From: an uncultured Janthinobacterium sp.
Lineage (GTDB): Bacteria; Vulcanimicrobiota; Vulcanimicrobiia; Vulcanimicrobiales; Vulcanimicrobiaceae
Reading direction: 5' to 3'
DNA: 33,491 nt
NCBI GenBank assembly: GCA_964658025.1
Contig: CAZZXB010000013.1
Coordinates: 1-33,491, forward strand
Shown here: one piece after another, positions 26,999 to 33,491 of the stretch
Position numbering within the stretch: position 1 is the stretch's first letter
Layout of the letters: each line of letters opens with the position of its first letter
Position numbers and translations under genes: made by a program
Notes under the pieces: model-generated
What the model saw: only the letters and a program-made list of their open reading frames with translations
Told to the model about the DNA's origin: nothing
Database searches by the model: none

Positions 26999-28326
26999 GC
27001 CCCGCGGACGAGCGACGCGACGTAGAATCCGTCGCGACCCTCGATCCCCGGCGGAACGACGAGATCGCCGTCGCGGACGAACGGACGGTAGCGCTCCGCG
27101 AATTTCGCGCGCGCGAACGCCGGGTTCTCGGCGAGGAAGCGCTCGATCACGCGCGCGCCCTCCCGATCGTCGGTCGAGCACACGCTGTAGACGAGGCGAC
27201 CGCCCGGCTTCGTCCGCGCCGCGGCGGCGACGAGGAGCGAGGACTGTAACGCGGCGAGCCGTTCGCCGTCGGCGGGCGTCTTGCGCCAACGTGCCTCGGG
27301 GTGTCGGCCGAGGATGCCCATCCCCGAACACGGTGCGTCGAGCAACACGGCGTCGGCGGAGACCTCGGCGGCCGCGACGTGCGCGTCGCCCGCGACGAGC
27401 GCGACGTTCGCGATCCCCGCTCGCTCGAGCTGTCGTTCGAAGACCGCGATCTTGCGCGAATCTTTTTCGACGCAGACGAGCGCGCCCTCGCCGCGCAAGC
27501 GCGCGCCGATCTGCACGCTCTTGTTTCCGCGCCCGCTACAGAGTTCGAGCACGGTCTCGCCCGGTCGCGGGTCGAGGACGTCGACGGGGATCGTCGCCGC
27601 CTCGCCGTGGATGTGCCACCGGCCGCCCGGATCGTCGTACGCGACGCCCGAATCGACGAGCAGCGATTCGGCGACGAACGCGCTCGGATGCGTTTCGACG
27701 CCCGCCTCCGCGAGCAGCGCGCGCGCCGCCGCGGCATCGGTCTTCGTCGTGTTCACGACGAGCGCGCTCTGCGGCGCGCGGTTGATTCCGGCGAGCGCCG
27801 CGTCGCGCTCCGCGCCGAGCGCGCGCCCGAACTGCGCGGCGACCCACGTCGGCACGGAATACTTCACCGCCGTATAATCGTCCTCGCTCTTGAACGAGGA
27901 CGGATCGAGCGTCGGCATGCCGTCCGCGATCGCGCGACGCAACACGGCGTTCACGAGACCGGCGGTCCCCTTGTGACCGTGGCGCCACGCGAGGTTCACC
28001 GTCTCCGAGACGGCCGCGTGATCTTCCACGCCCGACATGAAGCGGAGCTGGTAGATGCCGAGCCGCAACACGTCCGCGATCGCGGGATCGAGCTTCTCGC
28101 GTCCGCCGACGTACGGCACGAGATGGTAATCGAGTAACCGGCGCCACTTGATCGCGCCGTAGGCGAGTTCGGCCGCGAAGGCGCGATCGCGCGCGTCGAG
28201 CTCGGCGCGACGCGCGCGGACGTCGAATGCGGCTTGCGCGCCGCGGAGTTCGGGACCGAAGACGTCGCGGACGACTTGGAACGCGGTCTCGCGCGCGTTC
28301 GGCGGTGCGTGGACTTTCGTCGTCAT
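26995..28326 (-). CDS. rsmB: 16S rRNA m5C967 methyltransferase (NusB domain + RsmB)
   Basis: ELAYG, LRLGIYQL, AVSETV, GLVNAVLR, LLDAPCSG.G, LVYSVCS, DGFY; follows fmt. Confidence 0.93.
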   Translation of the reverse strand: MTTKVHAPPNARETAFQVVRDVFGPELRGAQAAFDVRARRAELDARDRAFAAELAYGAIKWRRLLDYHLVPYVGGREKLDPAIADVLRLGIYQLRFMSGVEDHAAVSETVNLAWRHGHKGTAGLVNAVLRRAIADGMPTLDPSSFKSEDDYTAVKYSVPTWVAAQFGRALGAERDAALAGINRAPQSALVVNTTKTDAAAARALLAEAGVETHPSAFVAESLLVDSGVAYDDPGGRWHIHGEAATIPVDVLDPRPGETVLELCSGRGNKSVQIGARLRGEGALVCVEKDSRKIAVFERQLERAGIANVALVAGDAHVAAAEVSADAVLLDAPCSGMGILGRHPEARWRKTPADGERLAALQSSLLVAAAARTKPGGRLVYSVCSTDDREGARVIERFLAENPAFARAKFAERYRPFVRDGDLVVPPGIEGRDGFYVASLVRGA

Positions 28327-29381
28327 CGGGCGACCGCCGGATAGCCCTGCGCCCAGGCGTGCAAGGCGGGTGCGACGTGCGCCGGTCCCGTCAGCGACTT
28401 GCGACCGTTACGGAGATCGGCCGCCGTCATCGGCTTACCGCCCGGCAGGACGATCCGATCGGCGACGACCCACCCGTCGTCCGCGCGAAGCAACAATCGG
28501 CCTTCGGCGACGACGACCTCGCCGAACGGAACGTCGGCACGCGGACCCGGGACGTCGAGCACGTGCGCTTCGAGGATCTTCGTCGCACCGATCGTCGCTC
28601 GCAATTCGCCGTCGACCGCAGCGTCGTCATCGGCGTCGCGGGCGACGCCCATCCGACCGCGCGCCCCCGGAGCGGGCGCGAGGGAGCGGATCGCGTTGAC
28701 GATGTCGGTCGCGCTCCGGCCGCGGCACCAGCGCGCGATCGAGAGATCGTCTTTCGAGAAGGGTCGCGTGCGCGTGCTCGTCGCTTCTTCCTCCGTGCCG
28801 AAGTCGCGCTGCGGCCGTCGTTCGAGCGCGCCCTTCGCGAACGCGTCGCACGCGCGACCGAGTAACGCGGCGCCGAGCTCCGCGAAGCGGTCGTGGAGTT
28901 CGCCGTAGGTCTCGCGCGCGCCGATGTCGCTCCGTTCGACGAGCACGACGTCGCCCGTGTCCATCCCGGCGTCCATCGCGATGATCGTCACACCGCTTTC
29001 GACGACGCCGTCGCGGATCTGCGACTGCAACGGCGTCGCGCCGCGATAGCGCGGGAGCAGACTCGGATGCACGTTGAGCGCGATCGAACGCGGGATGTCG
29101 AGGACGCGTTGCGGCACGATCTTCCCGTACGATGCCACGGCGAAGAGATCGGGCGCTTCTTCACGTAGGCGCTCGACCGCATCGCCGACGCGTGTCGGCT
29201 CGAGCGTCGGAATCCCGAGTTCGTTCGCCGCGAGCTTGACGGGCGTCGGTGCGAGCCTGTGACCCCGACCCGCCGGACGATCCGGCTGCGTGACGACGAG
29301 CGTACAACGCACGCGCGCGGCGAACGCGCGAAGCGCCGGAACGGCGAACGCGCTCGTTCCGAAAAAGACTCCGCGCGGCGT
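28323..29381 (-). CDS. fmt: Methionyl-tRNA formyltransferase (start codon non-canonical or uncertain)
   Basis: VFFGTSAFAVPAL lies in frame upstream of the track's GTG; VVTQPDRPAGRG, ASYGKI, NVHPSLLPRYRGATP, MDAGMDTGD. Confidence 0.92.
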   Translation of the reverse strand, partial: TPRGVFFGTSAFAVPALRAFAARVRCTLVVTQPDRPAGRGHRLAPTPVKLAANELGIPTLEPTRVGDAVERLREEAPDLFAVASYGKIVPQRVLDIPRSIALNVHPSLLPRYRGATPLQSQIRDGVVESGVTIIAMDAGMDTGDVVLVERSDIGARETYGELHDRFAELGAALLGRACDAFAKGALERRPQRDFGTEEEATSTRTRPFSKDDLSIARWCRGRSATDIVNAIRSLAPAPGARGRMGVARDADDDAAVDGELRATIGATKILEAHVLDVPGPRADVPFGEVVVAEGRLLLRADDGWVVADRIVLPGGKPMTAADLRNGRKSLTGPAHVAPALHAWAQGYPAVAR

Positions 29382-29383
29382 AT

Positions 29384-29947
29384 CTACGGTGCGACGGCTT
29401 CGGCGTTATTCGCGAGGGCGGCCGCTTCGGTTTCCGTTTCGGCGAGCGCCGCTTTCTCTTCGTCGGTTTGGGCCGGGCGGATGTTCCGCGCCTTGTCGAT
29501 GTAGAGGATGCCGTCGAGATGATCCATCTCGTGCTGGAGGCACCGACCGAAGAGTCCCGTCCCGACGAGTTCGATCTTGCGCCCTTCGCGGTCGAGTCCG
29601 GTACAGACGACGCGTTCGTAACGCTCGAGATCGCCGATCATCCCCTTCACCGAGAGGCACCCTTCGATCGACTGGATCTCGCCTTCCATCGTCGTGAACT
29701 TCGGATTGACGACCACGAGCGGGCCGTGCTCTTCGTCGTCGTCTTGGAGGTCGACGACGAAGACGCGCTTGCCGATCGCGACCTGCGGTGCGGCGAGTCC
29801 GATCCCCGGCGCGTGATACATCGTCTCGAACATATCGTCGAGCAATTGTTGGAAGAGCGGGCTCTTGATCTCGGCCGGGTCGACGCGCTTGGCGACCTTG
29901 CGCAGCGTCGGATGACCGTCCTGGACGATCTCGCGGATGTAGGGCAT
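29384..29947 (-). CDS. def: Peptide deformylase
   Basis: GIGLAAPQV, EGCLSV, QHEMDHLDG; ATG 29947. Confidence 0.96.
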   Translation of the reverse strand: MPYIREIVQDGHPTLRKVAKRVDPAEIKSPLFQQLLDDMFETMYHAPGIGLAAPQVAIGKRVFVVDLQDDDEEHGPLVVVNPKFTTMEGEIQSIEGCLSVKGMIGDLERYERVVCTGLDREGRKIELVGTGLFGRCLQHEMDHLDGILYIDKARNIRPAQTDEEKAALAETETEAAALANNAEAVAP

Positions 29948-29954
29948 GGCCTCC

Positions 29955-29960
29955 ATTATA
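29955..29960 (-). promoter_or_regulatory. Perfect sigma-70 -10 hexamer TATAAT upstream of def
   Basis: Minus strand reads gcgcTATAATggaggccATG; such an AT-rich hexamer is rare in this GC-rich window. Confidence 0.6.
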
Positions 29961-30199
29961 GCGCAGCCCGGCCTGCGCCGGTAGGCCCGGGGTCGGGTCC
30001 TCCGGACCTCCGCCTCGTCGGTCGCCCGGCGCGCGTCGGTCCGGCACGCCTTCTCGGGCACGCGGAACGTGCGCACGCTCCGAGCCGAGAAGGAACGCAC
30101 GTCTGCGTGCGGGGGATTACCGGCGGTGCGAGGCGCGCGGCCGGACTTCTCGAGCATAACCGGCCGCCGACGCCGCGGCCCGTCCTGGCTCGCGCCGCG

Positions 30200-31447
30200 G
30201 TGAGGCGCACGCTCGGAGCCGACTTCGGCGCGCTCTGGTTCGGGCAGACCCTCAGCCTCTTCGGAAGCGCCGTCACCTTCCTCGCACTCCCGACCGTCGC
30301 GATCCTCACGCTGCACGCGACGCCGTCGCAGGTCGGACTTCTCGGCGCGCTCGAGTTCGCGGCATTCCCGATCCTGGGACTCGCCGTCGGCGTGTGGGCC
30401 GATCGTTTCCGCAGGCGCCGGATCATGATCGCGGCCGACGCGCTACGCGCCGTCGTCCTCGCGACGATCTTCGGCGCCGCACTCGCGGCGCGCCTCACGT
30501 TCGCGCATCTCGCGATCGCCGCCGCGCTCCTCGGCATCGGATCGGTGTTCTTCGAGATCTGCTATCAAGCGTATCTACCGACGATCGTTCGCCGCGACGA
30601 TCTTCCGGCGGCGAACGCGCGGCTCGAATTCACGCGGTCGCTCGCGCAGATCGGCGGGAACGGACTTGCCGGGCCGTTGATCGCGGCGATCGGCGCGCCG
30701 CTCGCGCTCGGCGTCGACGCGCTCTCGTTCGTCGTTTCGATCCTCTCGCTCGCGCTCGTCCGGAAACCCGAGTTCGCGCCGCCCGCGCGACCGCGACACG
30801 CGCGTTCGTTCGTCGTCGATCTGCGCGAAGGTCTCGACGTCGTGCTCCGCTCGCCGGCGCTCCGCGCGATCGCGGGCTGCACCGCGACGTCGAATTTCGG
30901 CGGTGCGATCATCGGCGCGGTATTACTCGTCTTCGCCTATCGCGAAGTGCACCTCACGCCGACGACGATGGGCGTCGTCTTCGCGGCGTCGAACCTCGGT
31001 TTCGCGGGCGCGGCGCTCGCCACGTGGTGCGTGCGACGACTCGGCCTCGGGGTGACGCTCGCCGTCACGATGTTCGCGTACGGTGCGGCCGGCCTCTGTC
31101 TCCCGCTCGCCGCGTCGTTCGCTCCGGCGGCGGTGATCTTCGCGGTCGAACTCACGTGTGCGTTCGTCACGCCGATCTACAACATCAATCAAGTGAGTTT
31201 TCGCCAATCGATCGTGCCGCCCGCATTGCAGGGCCGGATGAACGCGACGATGCGCACGATCGTCTGGGGCACGTTGCCCTTGGGCTCGCTCGTCGGCGGC
31301 GTGCTCGGCTCGACGATCGGCATCGTGCCGACGATCCGCGTCGGCGGCGCGGTCGAAGCGCTGGCGTGCGTCTGGATACTCACCGGAAGCGTCGTACGGA
31401 TCCGCGCGATCCCGGCGACATCGAACGTGTCGGCGGGACCGTCGTAA
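30200..31447 (+). CDS. MFS transporter (DHA3/MFS_3-like efflux)
   Basis: GTG 30200; DFGALWFGQTLSLFG, GVWADRFRRRRIMI.AD, ANARLE, DALSFVVS, LQGRMNA; about 12 TM helices. Confidence 0.92.
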   Translation: MRRTLGADFGALWFGQTLSLFGSAVTFLALPTVAILTLHATPSQVGLLGALEFAAFPILGLAVGVWADRFRRRRIMIAADALRAVVLATIFGAALAARLTFAHLAIAAALLGIGSVFFEICYQAYLPTIVRRDDLPAANARLEFTRSLAQIGGNGLAGPLIAAIGAPLALGVDALSFVVSILSLALVRKPEFAPPARPRHARSFVVDLREGLDVVLRSPALRAIAGCTATSNFGGAIIGAVLLVFAYREVHLTPTTMGVVFAASNLGFAGAALATWCVRRLGLGVTLAVTMFAYGAAGLCLPLAASFAPAAVIFAVELTCAFVTPIYNINQVSFRQSIVPPALQGRMNATMRTIVWGTLPLGSLVGGVLGSTIGIVPTIRVGGAVEALACVWILTGSVVRIRAIPATSNVSAGPS

Positions 31448-31464
31448 CGCCGAAGGGCGGGAGC

Positions 31465-31496
31465 ACCCGAGGCCGATGCTCGTCGTAGCCTCGGGT
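31465..31496. terminator. Stem-loop between convergent genes, possible terminator
   Basis: ACCCGAGGC (31465-31473) pairs with GCCTCGGGT (31488-31496); no clear U-tract. Confidence 0.45.
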
Positions 31497-31518
31497 CGCG
31501 AGAGTCCTCGGGTTTCGG

Positions 31519-32169
31519 TTACGACTTCACGGCGAAGTACAGGAAGAGGTCGGTCGGTGCCGGCTTCAAGAGCGTCGGATCGCCCGCCGCCATCAACTTC
31601 GCGATATACGCGAAGCTCTTGTGCGTGAGAATCGCGTCGTAGGTTGCCGGACTCGTACATCCGATGATGACGACGTTCCACCACTCGGGCTTGCCGCCGT
31701 ACGTCTTCGTGAGATAGTGATTGTGCCCGGGGACGGCCTTGTCGCCGAGACTCGGCAAGAGCTTCGGTCCCGTCGTACCCAACGCGAGCGCGAGGGGGTT
31801 CGCCACACGCGTCATGTCGATCGTCGCGGGATGCGCGACGCAGACCTGATGCTGCGGGCAATTCATCATCATCGCGTCCTTCGGCGTGAAGCCGAGCGGG
31901 ACGATCGCGTATTCGGGATCGTAATGGCCCGGTGGCGGGACGTTGGCACGCTGGCCCTGTTCGCATCCGCTCGAAGCGAGCGACGGTATCGTCGTATCGC
32001 AATACCACTTTTTCGTGTAGAGTTCTTTCACGGCGACGCCGTTGAAGAACGCTCCGGTCACGCCCGGATCGGCTGGCCCGACCATGACGTTCGCCGCGAG
32101 AACGCGCGCGGAATTCAGGGATAGGAAGAGCGCCAGTGCGGCCAAAGCCGCGAGAGTCGTTCGAAACAT
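31519..32169 (-). CDS. Secreted hypothetical protein with Cys/His motifs
   Basis: Signal peptide MFRTTLAALAALALFLSLNSARVLA; YCD...GCE, CPQHQVCVAHP, GHNHY; ATG 2 nt after the esterase stop. Confidence 0.75.
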   Translation of the reverse strand: MFRTTLAALAALALFLSLNSARVLAANVMVGPADPGVTGAFFNGVAVKELYTKKWYCDTTIPSLASSGCEQGQRANVPPPGHYDPEYAIVPLGFTPKDAMMMNCPQHQVCVAHPATIDMTRVANPLALALGTTGPKLLPSLGDKAVPGHNHYLTKTYGGKPEWWNVVIIGCTSPATYDAILTHKSFAYIAKLMAAGDPTLLKPAPTDLFLYFAVKS

Positions 32170-32171
32170 GG

Positions 32172-33230
32172 TTAGTTGACCGCCTTGTTTGCAGTAGCGA
32201 GTTGCTCGGCGGCAAACGTTTCCGCCGCTCTCGCAGTCGGGACGACGGCAGCCATGCCGAAGAATTCGTGGGTGACGCTCGGATAATTTTTGTAGCGGAC
32301 GCGCACTCCGGCGGCCGTTAGCTTGTCGGCATACGCTTTGCCTTCGCTCATCAGCGGATCGATCGAGTCGGTGATGACCGTCGCCGAGGGCAGGCCCGCG
32401 AGCTTCCCTCGTAACGGCGAGACGTACGGATTGGCGGCGTCCGCGGGCGTGCGCAGATAATATTTGAAAAACCATTTCATCATCGCACGATTGAGCGGCT
32501 TCGCGTTCGCGTTCGCGACGTACGAGGGCGTATCGAACGCCGCGTTCGTCACGGGATAGACCAAGAGTTCGTGGATCGGTAACGGCGTGTGTTTGTCGCG
32601 GGCCATCATCGCGGTCACCGTCGCGAGGTTACCGCCCGCGCTCTCGCCTCCGACGGAGATGCGCTTCGGATCGCCGCCGAACGATTCGGCGTTGGCCTGC
32701 GTCCAGAGAAGCGCCGCATACGCATCGTTCGTCGCCGCGGGAAAGCGATTCTCCGGCGCGAGCCGATACCCGACGGATACGACGATCGTACGGGCCTTAT
32801 CGGCGAGCGCGCGCGGCCCCGCATCGTACGTGTTGATATCGGCGAGAACGAAACCGCCGCCGTGGTAGTAGACGAGCACGGGGAACGGCCCGTCGCCCGG
32901 CGGGGTGTAGATGCGGATCGGAACGTCGACGCCGTTCGCGCGAAACATCGAATCGGAAACCGCACCGACGGGCATCGATTTCGGCGTGAGTCCCCGCTTC
33001 ACGAGCGTCGCGAGTACGGCATCGGTCGCCGACGGTTGCAGGCGCGCCTCCGCCGGCGTGAGGTTCGCGATCGGCGCGCCGCCGAGCGAAGCGAGTGACG
33101 TCAGTACCGCTCGCATCGGTACGGTGGGACGTGCGGACGCGTCGGCGGTTCGAGCGGCGGCGATCGCGCCCGTCACGGCGATGAGCGACAACGGAAACGC
33201 GATAATCCAAAGACCGAATTTTCTATTCAC
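32172..33230 (-). CDS. Secreted alpha/beta hydrolase (HSL/family IV esterase-lipase)
   Basis: Signal peptide; YYHGGGF, YRLAPE, GGESAGG, DPL..EG, HEFF triad; GTG start with GAGG overlapping/adjacent. Confidence 0.93.
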   Translation of the reverse strand: MNRKFGLWIIAFPLSLIAVTGAIAAARTADASARPTVPMRAVLTSLASLGGAPIANLTPAEARLQPSATDAVLATLVKRGLTPKSMPVGAVSDSMFRANGVDVPIRIYTPPGDGPFPVLVYYHGGGFVLADINTYDAGPRALADKARTIVVSVGYRLAPENRFPAATNDAYAALLWTQANAESFGGDPKRISVGGESAGGNLATVTAMMARDKHTPLPIHELLVYPVTNAAFDTPSYVANANAKPLNRAMMKWFFKYYLRTPADAANPYVSPLRGKLAGLPSATVITDSIDPLMSEGKAYADKLTAAGVRVRYKNYPSVTHEFFGMAAVVPTARAAETFAAEQLATANKAVN

Positions 33231-33491
33231 CTCACTTCATTGCGCGTATACGTTCGGTCTCAAACAACAATACGCGACGATCGCCGAGATCCGCCGCTCG
33301 CCTTCGTCGGCGACGGCGTCGAGCGTTATCTAACTGACGGTGGTCGTGAGTCGATCCTATCGATCCGATGCTCCGCGATGTCTTTTACGGTTCGCCGATG
33401 TCTCTTACCGTAACGCAGGACGCGACGTCGAACCTCGCGCGTAACGATTCACGTCCTTCGCATGTCGACGCTCGTTCGCACGCGCGACGGG

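Noticed and set aside
532..33333. Many long Arg-rich alternative-frame and antisense ORFs (e.g. 532-2166, 7175-8611, 17685-19487, 17777-19735)
   Set aside because: Shadow ORFs caused by stop-codon scarcity in CG-rich DNA; they overlap well-supported genes and carry no motifs.

Overview
High-GC, strongly CG/CGCG-rich bacterial chromosome segment. A Firmicutes-like gene order together with a TonB-dependent receptor suggests a diderm Terrabacteria lineage such as Ca. Eremiobacterota; this is inference only. Minus-strand core blocks: comF (partial), a repeat-containing hypothetical, an NDP-sugar pyrophosphorylase, a WecB/TagA glycosyltransferase, dapB-asd-aspartokinase-dapA and pcrA; a second NDP-sugar pyrophosphorylase followed by GT4 and a glycosidase-like gene; and def-fmt-rsmB-fhaA-FHA-PP2C-rodA. 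tRNA-Gln(CTG) and tRNA-Glu(CTC) lie on the plus strand. The accessory middle region encodes an orphan RHH protein, a MASE4-GGDEF cyclase, a GH15/DUF1469/DUF3618-like group, a degenerate ATP-grasp protein, a PQQ-type dehydrogenase, a TBDR, and a TM2 / micro-membrane protein / HExxH zincin / antitoxin-PIN fusion cluster. The right end has an MFS transporter, a secreted Cys/His-rich protein and a secreted esterase. No integrase, transposase or CRISPR array was seen. Most interesting: four perfectly 11-bp-phased PHO-box-like repeats in front of a probably leaderless cytoplasmic ATLF/MtfA-like peptidase, the apparent VapB-VapC fusion after it, and an fmt gene with no canonical start codon ahead of its conserved N-terminus.
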